From Thermoplasmata archaeon (GTDB taxonomy: Archaea; Thermoplasmatota; Thermoplasmata; Thermoplasmatales; GCA-001856825): DNA of 64,000 nt. The stretch is taken from positions 35,116 through 99,115 of the forward strand of contig JAGDXP010000002.1 in assembly GCA_023256475.1 (NCBI GenBank). Reading direction: 5' to 3'. Both the position numbers and the translations under genes were made by a program. The notes beneath the pieces were generated by a model, which did not search any database, was not told where the DNA came from, and saw only the letters and a program-made list of their open reading frames with translations. Shown here piece by piece: positions 18,091 to 28,201 of the stretch; within the stretch, counting starts at the first letter, position 1; every line of letters begins with the position of its first letter.

Positions 18091-18644
18091 TGATACAGAC
18101 GAGCGAAATAAAAAGAGTATTCGATGAAAACGATGTTGTTCTGATCAAGTCCAGTATTAATGTTTACACAAAGTCAATCTTAGAGCTTGTAAACTTTGGA
18201 CTTGAGAACGACAAAGTTATTTTTTACATCTCAGCTACAGTGCCCAGCACCGTCTTTAAAACCATATTCGAATCAACTGGTATAGCGCATGATAACATAT
18301 ATTTCATAGATTGCACAACGTACTCTTTCGACATTACTCAGGATCCAAATATAATCGTGGTAGAATCACCCACCATGCTTGAGACTATTATAATTAAGAT
18401 AATGTATCTGCATAAGATAAGCAAGCAGAAAATGCCTGATAAATCCCCAATGATAATAGTAGACAGCGCCAACAGCTTATCGATTCACAATGACCTTGGA
18501 ATATTGAGCGAGTTCTTTCACGTGCTGATTACCATGGTGAGACCAACTGGTGCAAAGCTCGCTATACTTACCATAATGGAACAGCTTACTGAAGATCTTT
18601 CTCACACGCTGGAACTTATAAGCGATACTGTTCTAACTGAGTAA
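18090..18644 (+). CDS. Degenerate KaiC/RecA-like domain protein lacking Walker A
   Basis: It has the same strand order as a KaiC domain (VVLIKSS..., VIFYISA..., MIIVDSANSL as a Walker-B-like strand, AKLAILT), but no GxxGxGK[ST] motif. Its ATG overlaps the TAA stop of the upstream ATPase by 1 nt. Confidence 0.5.
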   Translation: MIQTSEIKRVFDENDVVLIKSSINVYTKSILELVNFGLENDKVIFYISATVPSTVFKTIFESTGIAHDNIYFIDCTTYSFDITQDPNIIVVESPTMLETIIIKIMYLHKISKQKMPDKSPMIIVDSANSLSIHNDLGILSEFFHVLITMVRPTGAKLAILTIMEQLTEDLSHTLELISDTVLTE

Positions 18645-18645
18645 T

Positions 18646-20529
18646 TTACCTATTTATTCTGTTCAAGAGTGTTATCACGAACTCCGAATGGCTCCATACC
18701 AGCGGTGAAACAGACAGGGGCTCTCCATTGTAGGGGTTAATCTGTTCAGAAAGTACGCCAGATGATTGAGCATGGTTAATCACCCAGTTTATGAGTTCTA
18801 GTGCTTTTTCCTTCTGACCAATAGAATCGTAATAGTCGGCGGCCCATAGTGTTGTAATTATCCAAGGGTTACCTGGGACCTGCGGGTCAGGCTTCAACCT
18901 CTGGTAATTGTCTCCCTCATACCTGGCAAGACCGCCTATATTCTGAACCCACAACTTCGATAATATCTTGTCAGCAGTACTCTTCATCTTGGGATCATCC
19001 GCACTTATAATTCCGAATCTTGGTAGAAGTAGAAGAGATGAATCGATGGTAAAGTCCAGATTGCCATCAATTATGGATCTTGCAAATTGGCCCCTCTCCT
19101 TAGAATAGAATGTTTCCATGAAATTTTGCTTGAATTCATTGGCTCTCTGTGAATATTTCTCTGCAAATGATGTTTCACCCAGTAAATCTGCAAACTGGCT
19201 CGCTGATGTTAAGGCTGCATAAACTGTGGCAACCGTAAAAGCATGAATTCCATACCTTTCTTCCCAAAGGTCGAAAGTTGGTTTTGGCAAACCACCCTCC
19301 TGGAAGTTATATAGAAATTCTGAACTCTTCTTAATGAGATTTTCATACACATTGGAAATAAATTCAATGTCGTTAACATATTTGTGATAATTATAAAGTG
19401 ACCAGATTACCAATGCAGTTTCATCCTCTTGTATGGGCAAGTTATTCTTACCGTTAATAATCCTTGGAATCCAGGAGCTTGCCCTTGTACCATTCATGTT
19501 GTATTTGTGGAAAAAGTAGCCTTCATCCTCCACAACATCAACTGAAAACTGGAAAAATAACCTAGCTGGTCCATAATGAGTTGATTTCATCAGCGCATAA
19601 GCCGCTATTGCAGCATCCCTAGGCCAAACATAATAATAACCGTCCTTGTTGGATTTCAGTATATCTGAGTCGCTAGAAGCTGATATTCCCCCTAATTGAT
19701 TCATATGACTCCTTATTATGAAAAGCGATCGTTTAAACAGAGATACAGAACCGGTCTCCATAGGGAAATTACCCTTGTTGGACCAGGTTCTCCAGAAATT
19801 AGCAGTTCTCAACTCAAAATATTTCAATTCCTGGAAGTTAAAGTTCTTTTTCAATACGTCTTCTTCTGAATTTCCGCAAGAAATGTAGTAATAAATCTGC
19901 GCCTCTCCCTCTGGAGGAATTGTTATACTGTGGCTTACAACAGAATCCACAGATCCTATTGCAACTGGATTTCTTGAGAGAATTCCGTCTTCAGCATCCT
20001 TCCATGTTCCTTCCAGTCCCCCAAAATCTTTAACACCTATGGCGAATGAATCCATGGTTCTTCCCGATTCATCTATGGTTCCTGCCAGAAAATATCTTCT
20101 TCCCTTGTAGTGAATTATTACGTTCTTCGTAGGTTCATAGATTGCAGTATCACCAATGTTATTTCCATAGATATTAAAATTCTGGTGGAAGAAGAGCTTT
20201 ATATCTTTTTGCTGATTGGTTAAGTTCTTTAATTCAACCCTTCGAACAAAAATATCCATGTATGGGTAAACAAAATTGTAAATGGTAACTGCCACATCAT
20301 CAAAGCGTGAATAAATACGCCCAATGGCTGTATGATCCATGTAATCATAATCTATTATGTTGTCATTCTTGACCCAATAGAAATTCTTATCTACCATCAC
20401 ACCCATCTTAAATGGATGGCCGCCGTGATTCTCCGATTGGCTCTTTGAGTAATAGAAGTCTATCAAATTCATATCTTTATCAAACGTGACCAGAAGCCTT
20501 CCGTTACCCAATGGGAGGAAACGTACCAT
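18646..20529 (-). CDS. Glycoside hydrolase family 15 glucoamylase-like enzyme
   Basis: The N-terminal LPLGNGRLLVTFD, then WPRDAAIAAYAL and FDLWEERYGIHAFT blocks are typical of archaeal GH15 glucoamylases. Confidence 0.85.
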   Translation of the reverse strand: MVRFLPLGNGRLLVTFDKDMNLIDFYYSKSQSENHGGHPFKMGVMVDKNFYWVKNDNIIDYDYMDHTAIGRIYSRFDDVAVTIYNFVYPYMDIFVRRVELKNLTNQQKDIKLFFHQNFNIYGNNIGDTAIYEPTKNVIIHYKGRRYFLAGTIDESGRTMDSFAIGVKDFGGLEGTWKDAEDGILSRNPVAIGSVDSVVSHSITIPPEGEAQIYYYISCGNSEEDVLKKNFNFQELKYFELRTANFWRTWSNKGNFPMETGSVSLFKRSLFIIRSHMNQLGGISASSDSDILKSNKDGYYYVWPRDAAIAAYALMKSTHYGPARLFFQFSVDVVEDEGYFFHKYNMNGTRASSWIPRIINGKNNLPIQEDETALVIWSLYNYHKYVNDIEFISNVYENLIKKSSEFLYNFQEGGLPKPTFDLWEERYGIHAFTVATVYAALTSASQFADLLGETSFAEKYSQRANEFKQNFMETFYSKERGQFARSIIDGNLDFTIDSSLLLLPRFGIISADDPKMKSTADKILSKLWVQNIGGLARYEGDNYQRLKPDPQVPGNPWIITTLWAADYYDSIGQKEKALELINWVINHAQSSGVLSEQINPYNGEPLSVSPLVWSHSEFVITLLNRINR

Positions 20530-20561
20530 AACCTTAATTATGATATCTATATAAACATCTT
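20530..20561. promoter_or_regulatory. 32-bp divergent intergenic region with two back-to-back A/T boxes (candidate TATA boxes)
   Basis: TTAATTAT (20534-20541) lies about 24 nt before the GTG at 20562. TATATAAA (20548-20555; TTTATATA on the minus strand) lies about 22 nt before the ATG at 20529. This spacing fits archaeal TATA boxes driving leaderless or near-leaderless mRNAs. Confidence 0.45.
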
Positions 20562-22331
20562 GTGGAGAGAGAATTTGTTAGGGATAAGTTCTGGGAGAAA
20601 TGGATACAAACCAATTCTTTTGGATCATTTTCAATCTCTACGCTTTCACTGACCAATACTTCTCGCTGGGATTCTCTCTTGAGTATCTTAAGAGAAAAAA
20701 GGTTCAATCTTCTGGGGAAGCTATGGGATGTGGTGAAGGTAGATGGGACGGAGTACATACTGGACACCAGCGATTTTGGTGACGTAATTCATCCACAAGG
20801 ATACAAGTACATAACACAAATTAAAATGGACTCTGGATTTCAGATTTTCTATGATCTTCATGGAGTGGAATTGATAAAGGAGATACAGCTTAGCAGCAAG
20901 AGAGATTTGGTCTCTGTCAGGTACAGCGCTGTAGGAGCCAGCAGAATAGAGCTTAAGGTGATTCCCCTAATGCAGATGAGATTGGCAGAGACATTAAACA
21001 AGCAGAGAGAAGCCGATATAGTCGTCAAAAAGGGTGAGTTCGTTGAAGTTTCAAGGGGGAATCTCATATTAGAAATGAACCAGGCCGATAATTTTATAGC
21101 TTCGCCAGATACATATTACAAATTCTATTACCTGGAAGATGACTTAAACGGTTATGAATCCACTGAAAATCTATATTCACCAGGATTTTTCAGTTTTGAA
21201 CTAGGTAATGACGTTAAGATTGACTTCTGGGTACCTGAGAGTAATCCGGCAAAAGAATTGAACAAACTTATGGGTAAGCCCAGAGGAATTAATCAGAACA
21301 TCTGGGATGGCGCAGACCTATTCATAACGCAAAATAATATTATTGCCGGACTCCCATGGTTTGATTACTGGTCAAGAGATGCGTTTATTTCCATACCTGG
21401 ATTGTTGTTGGCCAGGGGACAGCTGGAACATGCAAAAGCAATAATTGAAAACTGGATGAATCTCTATCCTGATGGAAAGATTCCCAACAGGATAGGAGGG
21501 GATATTTATCCATCGGATTCACCGTTATGGTTCATATATTCAATGAAAAAATACATGGATTACACCAATGATTCTGGATTTCTATACAGGGCACTGGAAT
21601 ATATAAAAGGGATTCTAGACAATTATATTCAGGGATATGAGGGAATAAAGCTCGACGGCTATTTCATTTATTCACCACCAGGAAGGACATGGATGGATGC
21701 TCAGTGCGATGGCAAGCCCATAACTCCCCGTGATGGAAAGCCAATAGAAGTTAACTCCCTGTGGTACAACGCGCTGAAATCCTTTAAAGAGTTTTTAACC
21801 AAGACCAATTCTAAAATGCCTGAGGAATATGAAAATTTAATAGCTGGATTTGAAGAGAATTTCAAAAAGGAATTCATCAAGGGTAATAAAATTAAAGACG
21901 TTGCCGATCCAGATGATTTCTCATTACGCCCCAATTTTATCTTTGCATTTTCACTGCCTTACAATATACTGAGCAACATTAAACCATTCAACCCTTTGCT
22001 GAATAAACTTCTAACTCCATATGGTTTAAGGTCGCTTTCCAGCGATGATCCAAAATACATTGGTATTTACATCGGAGACAAGTGTGAAAGGGATTTAGCA
22101 TATCACAATGGGAGCGTCTGGCCCTGGTTGATTGGGCCATACATAACAGCCATGATTAGAAACAATATGGATAGGGAACAGATACTTTCTTATTTCACCC
22201 CATTATTCAATTTAAAATATCTACCAGAGATATTTGATGGTAACCTGCCCTCAATACCGAGGGGTGCTTATGCCCAAGCCTGGAGCTACGCGGAAATTAT
22301 AAGATCCATGAGGGAGGATTTGAAAATTTGA
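20562..22331 (+). CDS. Glycogen debranching enzyme (amylo-alpha-1,6-glucosidase, GDE_C type)
   Basis: Contains WSRDAFISIPGLLLARGQ, DGKPIEVNSLWYNAL and AQAWSYAEIIR blocks. The start codon is GTG. Confidence 0.85.
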   Translation: MEREFVRDKFWEKWIQTNSFGSFSISTLSLTNTSRWDSLLSILREKRFNLLGKLWDVVKVDGTEYILDTSDFGDVIHPQGYKYITQIKMDSGFQIFYDLHGVELIKEIQLSSKRDLVSVRYSAVGASRIELKVIPLMQMRLAETLNKQREADIVVKKGEFVEVSRGNLILEMNQADNFIASPDTYYKFYYLEDDLNGYESTENLYSPGFFSFELGNDVKIDFWVPESNPAKELNKLMGKPRGINQNIWDGADLFITQNNIIAGLPWFDYWSRDAFISIPGLLLARGQLEHAKAIIENWMNLYPDGKIPNRIGGDIYPSDSPLWFIYSMKKYMDYTNDSGFLYRALEYIKGILDNYIQGYEGIKLDGYFIYSPPGRTWMDAQCDGKPITPRDGKPIEVNSLWYNALKSFKEFLTKTNSKMPEEYENLIAGFEENFKKEFIKGNKIKDVADPDDFSLRPNFIFAFSLPYNILSNIKPFNPLLNKLLTPYGLRSLSSDDPKYIGIYIGDKCERDLAYHNGSVWPWLIGPYITAMIRNNMDREQILSYFTPLFNLKYLPEIFDGNLPSIPRGAYAQAWSYAEIIRSMREDLKI

Positions 22332-23434
22332 AGAGCATTGGTGTGCTGGGGTGGGAGCTACCACCCTTCTTTGCCGGAGGTCTGGGTATACATACGCTCA
22401 ATCTATTTTCTATAATCGGAAGAATTGAAAACATAACTCTTTACATACCTAGGTTCACAAATGAAGCAATCCGCTATGCCTTCAGAGTAAAGATGGTAAA
22501 TTACAATCCTGTAGGCTCCCCCTATGAAAAGAATAAAGAGTTCTATCAGAAGGTGATGGATTATAATGAAATTTTAATAAATGAAGTTAGCAAAGATCAC
22601 GATATAATTCACATGCATGATTGGATAACTGTTCCAGCAGGGATTAAATTGAAAGAAAAATATGGTAAAAAACTGGTTTTTACCGTCCACAGTACTGAGT
22701 ACGACAGATCCGGTGGCTTCTACCCCCAAGAACGTGTTCTGAAAATTGAAAGGGAAGGAATGCTTGCTGCTGACAGAATAATAGCTGTGTCACACTACAC
22801 CAAGAGAATTATCACAGAGAAATTCTCCATAGATCCAAACAAGGTAACCGTTGTTCATAACGGAGTTAAAAGTTCCATATTTAGCTCTTTCACCAAAAAT
22901 TATGAGTTGAAGAATAAGATTCTTTATTTTGGAAGGGTGACTCCTCAGAAAGGAGCTAAATTCTTTATTGAAGCTGCTTACAAAGTAAGAAGATATATCC
23001 CTTCGGCAAAATTCATTGTTGCCGGAGAGGGGGATCAACTCAATGAGATAAAGAGCCTGTCATATTCCCTGGGGCTTGAGAATACAGTTAATTTCTATGG
23101 ATTCGTTAGCGAAGCTGAGTCGGTGAAGCTTTATCTGGATAGCGATGTCTTCATTCTTCCAGCCGTATCTGAGCCTTTTGGAATGACTGTGATAGAATCT
23201 CTGTCCACCGGTACCCCTGCCATAATAAGCAAGACAACTGGAGTCGGTGAAGCGCTGAACCATGTATTGAAAGCCGATTTCTGGGATACGGACAAGATTG
23301 CCAATTATATAATTGCTGTCTTAAAATACCGAAAGTTAAGGGAGGCATTGGGCATATTTGGAAAATTTGAAGCCTCCAAATTCAGCTGGGAGAATACCGC
23401 TTTAAGAACTCTGGAGGTGTACAATTCATTATGA
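22328..23434 (+). CDS. Glycosyltransferase group 1, probable glycogen synthase
   Basis: The N-terminal GWELPPFFAGGLG and the C-terminal GT-B block LPAVSEPFGMTVIESLSTGTP fit this family. It sits inside the glycogen cluster. Its TTG start overlaps the previous stop by 4 nt. Confidence 0.75.
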   Translation: MKSIGVLGWELPPFFAGGLGIHTLNLFSIIGRIENITLYIPRFTNEAIRYAFRVKMVNYNPVGSPYEKNKEFYQKVMDYNEILINEVSKDHDIIHMHDWITVPAGIKLKEKYGKKLVFTVHSTEYDRSGGFYPQERVLKIEREGMLAADRIIAVSHYTKRIITEKFSIDPNKVTVVHNGVKSSIFSSFTKNYELKNKILYFGRVTPQKGAKFFIEAAYKVRRYIPSAKFIVAGEGDQLNEIKSLSYSLGLENTVNFYGFVSEAESVKLYLDSDVFILPAVSEPFGMTVIESLSTGTPAIISKTTGVGEALNHVLKADFWDTDKIANYIIAVLKYRKLREALGIFGKFEASKFSWENTALRTLEVYNSL

Positions 23435-24561
23435 AATTCATAGTAATGTTTCTCGAAGCGCATCAGCCAAGGAGGTTGAATAACTTCAGGTACCAGGACA
23501 TAGGTACAGGAAAGGATTACTTCTGGGATGAGAAGAACAGGGATATCATCCAGAGAATTTCAAAGAACTCCTACTTGCCAACGCTAACGCTCCTAGCAGA
23601 TTATAAGGTCCCAATAACCCTTTCATTTTCAGGAATTCTTCTTGAGCAGTTGTGGAAATATGAGCCATCCGTCCCGGAACTTCTCAAGGAGTATCTCAGG
23701 AATAGCGGAGAACTGGCCATTGAAAGTTATTACCATAGCCTTTCGTCAATATGGAACCCGGACAGATTTTTAAACGAGATAAGGAAGGATATGGAGATGA
23801 AGCAGAACATTTACAATAGGGAATTCAAGACATTCAGGAATACTGAAATGATATATAATGACAATATTGACAAGATAGTCAATAATTTAAACGTTAAAAA
23901 TATCCTTACGGAAGGTACCGATTCCTTAATATGGAAATTCAATCCTAATTTCATCTATAAGACCCCCCACGGTCATAATCTCTTCCTGAGAAATTACAGG
24001 CTTAGCGACGACATATCTTTTAGATTTTCCACCAGGGAATGGAATGAGTATCCTCTGTTCTCAGAGAAGTACCTCAGCTGGCTTTCTAATTCGCCTGGTG
24101 ACGTGATAAATCTTTTCATGGATTTTGAAACATTTGGGGAGCATCAGAGGAAGGAGACAGGCATATTTGAATTCCTGGAGGCGCTCATAACAAAAGCAAA
24201 GGATTACAATTTGAAATTTACCACCGTTAATGAAGCTGCCGAGCTCTTATATCCGCAAAGAGAGATATCGATACAGGATTATATTTCTTGGGCAGATATT
24301 CCAAGAGATCTAAGTGCCTGGCTGGGGAACGAATTGCAGAGAGATCTCTTTGAAATGCTTAAGGCACTTAGTGGATGCATTCCCGACAATATATATAATT
24401 ACCTGCTGACATCCGACCACCTATACTACGTTTCCCTTGGAACAACCCCAGATATTACTGTACACACCTATTTTAATCCCTATGGCTCCCCGTATGATGC
24501 ATACATTAACTTCAGGAACATACTTGAAGACTTAAGGCAAAAATACTGTAATAAAAACTAA
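23431..24561 (+). CDS. Glycoside hydrolase family 57 enzyme (alpha-amylase/glucanotransferase-like)
   Basis: The N-terminal FLEAHQPRRL and the FMDFETFGEH block are typical of GH57. There is an ATGA overlap with the previous gene. Confidence 0.75.
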   Translation: MKFIVMFLEAHQPRRLNNFRYQDIGTGKDYFWDEKNRDIIQRISKNSYLPTLTLLADYKVPITLSFSGILLEQLWKYEPSVPELLKEYLRNSGELAIESYYHSLSSIWNPDRFLNEIRKDMEMKQNIYNREFKTFRNTEMIYNDNIDKIVNNLNVKNILTEGTDSLIWKFNPNFIYKTPHGHNLFLRNYRLSDDISFRFSTREWNEYPLFSEKYLSWLSNSPGDVINLFMDFETFGEHQRKETGIFEFLEALITKAKDYNLKFTTVNEAAELLYPQREISIQDYISWADIPRDLSAWLGNELQRDLFEMLKALSGCIPDNIYNYLLTSDHLYYVSLGTTPDITVHTYFNPYGSPYDAYINFRNILEDLRQKYCNKN

Positions 24562-24588
24562 TTTATATTTATCGTAGCTGTATACCCA

Positions 24589-25212
24589 ATGTCCTCCCGC
24601 AGAATTGATAGTGAGGTTAAAAGATATGCATCCCGGGCAAGATACAACCTTACGGATCTTGTCCAGATATTGAATTCTAATTTCATATGCAGCGTTGGAT
24701 TCTCAATGGATGAAATAACCTACATCGACCCTATGATTTACGTCAATGATGGAGAAAATCTATTCCTTCATTGTTCACCTGAAAGCAGGATTTACAAAGT
24801 ATTGAACTCTGACAAAATTATAACCATATCGGTTTTGAACATCAGAGGGGTAGTATTACATTCCAAGATTAGCAACAACTCCATAAATTATGAATCTGCT
24901 ATCATTTATGGAAGAGGTCATGAGATAAAGGAAATGGAAGAAAAAATCCGGATTTTCAGGTTGCTCACCGACAGAATAATTTCCGGAAGGTGGGATGACG
25001 CAGAGATACCGTCGTCAGAGGAGCTTTCCAGAGTGGCTGTTTTCAGGATAGGCATAGTAGATTTTTCTTTAAAGGTTAGAGATGGATTTGGAATGGAAAT
25101 AACTCATAACAGCATTTGGGAAGGCGTTATTCCCATTGAATTGAGATATGGTGAACCAATTCCTGCAAAAGAATCTTCTTTGCCAGAATATATTAAAAAT
25201 AAATTAGTTTGA
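24589..25212 (+). CDS. Pyridoxamine 5'-phosphate oxidase-like FMN-binding family protein
   Basis: Size and pattern (LFLHCSPESRIYKVL...AIIYGRGHEI...RLLTDRIISGRWDD) resemble the COG3467/NimA-like split-barrel flavoproteins. The assignment is moderate. Confidence 0.55.
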   Translation: MSSRRIDSEVKRYASRARYNLTDLVQILNSNFICSVGFSMDEITYIDPMIYVNDGENLFLHCSPESRIYKVLNSDKIITISVLNIRGVVLHSKISNNSINYESAIIYGRGHEIKEMEEKIRIFRLLTDRIISGRWDDAEIPSSEELSRVAVFRIGIVDFSLKVRDGFGMEITHNSIWEGVIPIELRYGEPIPAKESSLPEYIKNKLV

Positions 25213-25262
25213 CCAAATTTAGCAACTGGATTTATAATATATTAGAGTATTTAAAATCCAAT

Positions 25263-26564
25263 ATGCGGAATCTTTGGAATGGTGGAGCTGCAGGCGATGG
25301 AGAGAAGAGAGCACAGGAATTGATAATTGGGGAAGACAAAAAATATGATAAAGTGCTTTTCAAATATGAAATTCTCTCACTAATAGCTTACCATATGTCA
25401 CTTCATGATGATTTGATTGAATCTAAGATCAGGTATGAAATTGTGGATGGGCTCAGAAAATTATATTGGGAAGGTATAGAATCCCTTGATAATTATGAGG
25501 ATATCCATTCCTATGTAGAAGGGGAATTTTCAAAAAAATTTCCTGAGCTAGGGAAATATCTGAGAATACTCCTCTCTCGCAACGAACAGGTTCACAATGA
25601 TATTAGGCTATTTTTGATTGATGAACTCCTGAATTTACAAAAAATAATTTTGGAGGGTTCCATAAAACTGTTGGAATCCGAAAACCAAGATATCACAATA
25701 CCTGGCTATACTCATTATAGGCAGGCTATGCCCATCAAGTGGAACAGCTATGTGGATATGCTTCTAGGTTTCAACGTACTTGCAGTAAAAAATATTGATT
25801 ATCTTATCAATTTGTTAAGTTATCCGGCTTATGGTTACGGATCAGGTTTCGGATCCTTGTCAAAATTTGACATTGAAAAATTTTCAAATCTATTGGGTAT
25901 GAAGTTTGCAAACCAGAACCCCTTACTCTTGGCCAATTTAAGAGGTATGGATGAACTCAATTCAGTCCAATTGATCTCAAATATAATGCTCTTTTATTCG
26001 AGAATATCAATCGATCTGATTCTCTGGTCCTCGGAATTCGGATTCATAGAAATTCCATCTGAATATATAACAGGTAGTTCTCTGATGCCAAATAAGAGGA
26101 ATCCGGATTTTCTGGAAATGTTCATGGGATATTCTGCAGAATTAATCTCCAATGAACATTTGATTCAGAACCTCTTACTGGGGAAAGGAACATTTTATCA
26201 CAGAGAATTTCAAATGGCCAAATGGAAAGTTATGGATGCCGTAATGAAAAGCTCATCCCTCTTGTATTATCTTTTTGATCTTTTGTCAAAGGTAGAAATA
26301 AATTCTGAAGCTGTCCAAAAGATCATGAACAAATCCATTTATGCAACACAAAATTCAGCCAAGCTTGTCTACAAGGGGGTTTCATGGAAGGAATCCTATG
26401 AGATCATTGGGAATAAAATTTTAGCAGGTGATGAATTGGAAAAAATTGAACCCATAACCTATAAGACAATAGATAAGAAATTATTGATGGAAAAATTAAA
26501 TGAGGTGAATAATGAGGTGGAGAGGCGTAAATCAATCTATTCTCTTTTATTGAAATCCACATAA
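25263..26564 (+). CDS. argH: Argininosuccinate lyase (divergent)
   Basis: Contains the fumarate-lyase signature GSSLMPNKRNP and an MRNLWNGG N-terminus resembling the M..LWGGRF of ArgH. The track start at 25209 is a TTG. I prefer the ATG at 25263, which has an A/T box about 22 nt upstream. Confidence 0.8.
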   Translation: MRNLWNGGAAGDGEKRAQELIIGEDKKYDKVLFKYEILSLIAYHMSLHDDLIESKIRYEIVDGLRKLYWEGIESLDNYEDIHSYVEGEFSKKFPELGKYLRILLSRNEQVHNDIRLFLIDELLNLQKIILEGSIKLLESENQDITIPGYTHYRQAMPIKWNSYVDMLLGFNVLAVKNIDYLINLLSYPAYGYGSGFGSLSKFDIEKFSNLLGMKFANQNPLLLANLRGMDELNSVQLISNIMLFYSRISIDLILWSSEFGFIEIPSEYITGSSLMPNKRNPDFLEMFMGYSAELISNEHLIQNLLLGKGTFYHREFQMAKWKVMDAVMKSSSLLYYLFDLLSKVEINSEAVQKIMNKSIYATQNSAKLVYKGVSWKESYEIIGNKILAGDELEKIEPITYKTIDKKLLMEKLNEVNNEVERRKSIYSLLLKST

Positions 26565-26589
26565 ATTAAGCGTGGAAAGAACCTGATAC

Positions 26590-27693
26590 TCATAACCTCT
26601 CGATGAGAGCATCCATGCTTCCGTACACAGTATTTATAAGAAAATCTATTTTTGATTTAACGGATTCCAGCGATTTCCCTAGCACATTGACGTGCCCAAC
26701 CTTTCTCCTTGGACTGTTACCAGGCTTACTGTACATGAATACTTGTCCGTAACTGTCGATTTCTGATGGCAGACTATTTACGCCAAGAAGGTTTAGCATT
26801 CCGAAGAATCCTTCGCATTCTGGTTTCATAAGGCCTAGACCAGAGATTGCCCTCAAATGAGACTCAAATTGGGAGTGATTGCATGCTGTGAGGGAATAAT
26901 GACCAGAATTGTGAACCCTCGGAGAAACCTCGTTTACTAAAACTTCATTCCGCCTTACAAACAGTTCTATTCCCATGGTTCCTATGTAATTCAATGATTT
27001 GGTAATTAAAGAGGCGATATCATTTGCTTCGTCTATGGCGAGAGGTCCATAATTCATAATGAGAATTCCCTTTTTATTAAGATTGAAAGAAGGGGGATAA
27101 TAGATGGTGCTTTCCTGATCCCTTGAAACAATTATCGATGCTTCATAATCAAAGTCCACATATTCAACAACTACAAACCTGTGAGTTTCCTCTTTAAGAA
27201 AATCAAATTCCTCTATATTATTCCTTATGAAATACTGGCCTTTGCCATCATAACCTCCAACAGATCTCTTTATTACAGCTATACTATTAAATTCACTTTT
27301 AGCTATCTCGATAGCCTCTCTCCCGTCCTTTGCCACCTCAAATCTGGGCAGAGGCGCTCCAATACTTTTCAAATATAGGAATTCCTTTTCCCTCTCCCTC
27401 TTCAATTTCACAGAATTTATATCAGGCCTAAGCTTCCCCTGTGACTGAGCGTATTCCATCGCCTCAATACTTGCGTGTTCAAATTCAAATGTGACTACAT
27501 CAGAGTTATCCACAAATTCTTTATATTCCTCAGGATCATAGCAAGAGGTGTACTTGCATAGTGGATCATCTTCCTTTCCTAGAACATTAAATTTGAATCC
27601 CAACCTTATTCCCTGCTGAAATAGCATTAAACCTAGCTGACCCGCTCCTATTATTCCTATCCTCAGATCACAGGGAAGTGTTGAGCACTTCAT
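26590..27693 (-). CDS. purK: N5-carboxyaminoimidazole ribonucleotide synthase
   Basis: ATP-grasp protein with N-terminal [12 protein letters not shown] and [10 protein letters not shown] blocks. It overlaps the 3' end of purE by 26 nt. Confidence 0.85.
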   Translation of the reverse strand: MKCSTLPCDLRIGIIGAGQLGLMLFQQGIRLGFKFNVLGKEDDPLCKYTSCYDPEEYKEFVDNSDVVTFEFEHASIEAMEYAQSQGKLRPDINSVKLKREREKEFLYLKSIGAPLPRFEVAKDGREAIEIAKSEFNSIAVIKRSVGGYDGKGQYFIRNNIEEFDFLKEETHRFVVVEYVDFDYEASIIVSRDQESTIYYPPSFNLNKKGILIMNYGPLAIDEANDIASLITKSLNYIGTMGIELFVRRNEVLVNEVSPRVHNSGHYSLTACNHSQFESHLRAISGLGLMKPECEGFFGMLNLLGVNSLPSEIDSYGQVFMYSKPGNSPRRKVGHVNVLGKSLESVKSKIDFLINTVYGSMDALIERL

Positions 27694-28138
27694 TTTTCAT
27701 TTCCTCCATGAATTGCTCCAATCTTCTTTCAAGTTGCACATCTTCCAGGCTTAGTATCCTTATTGCCAGAAGTGCTGCATTCTTAGCCCCATCTATGGCA
27801 ACAGTGGCCACTGGAACACCGTAGGGCATTTGCACAATTGAAAGGAGCGAGTCAATTCCCTTGAGATTCTTTGATGGTATGGGCACGCCTATCACCGGGA
27901 GTGTGGTGAGTGAAGCGGTCATTCCAGGTAGGTGGGCTGCCCCACCAGCTGCCGCAATTATAACTTTTATGCCTCTCTTTCTTGCCCCCTTTGCAAATTC
28001 CATCATAAATTCAGGGGTCCTGTGTGCTGAAACTACTCTCTTTTCATATGATATGTTGAATTTGCTCAGAACCTCTTCAGCTGGCTTCATGTATTCATAA
28101 TCATTTTTGCTACCCATTATTATGGCCACATCAGGCAT
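27668..28138 (-). CDS. purE: N5-CAIR mutase
   Basis: Contains [23 protein letters not shown] and [10 protein letters not shown] blocks. Confidence 0.95.
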   Translation of the reverse strand: MPDVAIIMGSKNDYEYMKPAEEVLSKFNISYEKRVVSAHRTPEFMMEFAKGARKRGIKVIIAAAGGAAHLPGMTASLTTLPVIGVPIPSKNLKGIDSLLSIVQMPYGVPVATVAIDGAKNAALLAIRILSLEDVQLERRLEQFMEEMKNEVLNTSL

Positions 28139-28201
28139 AAATGAAGAGACTGTATTAATAGAAAAATGTTTTCTAAAAAAATAGGAAATAATAATTATCT
28201 T

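Noticed and set aside
17350-18644. Calling the KaiC-like pair a circadian clock, or a regulator of the adjacent glycogen genes.
   Set aside because: No KaiA or KaiB homologues are present. The ATPase is single-domain rather than double-domain KaiC. Proximity to the glucoamylase gene is convergent and may simply reflect genome compaction.
20600-20782. 60-aa plus-strand ORF in an alternative frame at the start of the debranching-enzyme gene.
   Set aside because: It overlaps a strongly supported CDS in another frame, and its translation has no recognisable features.
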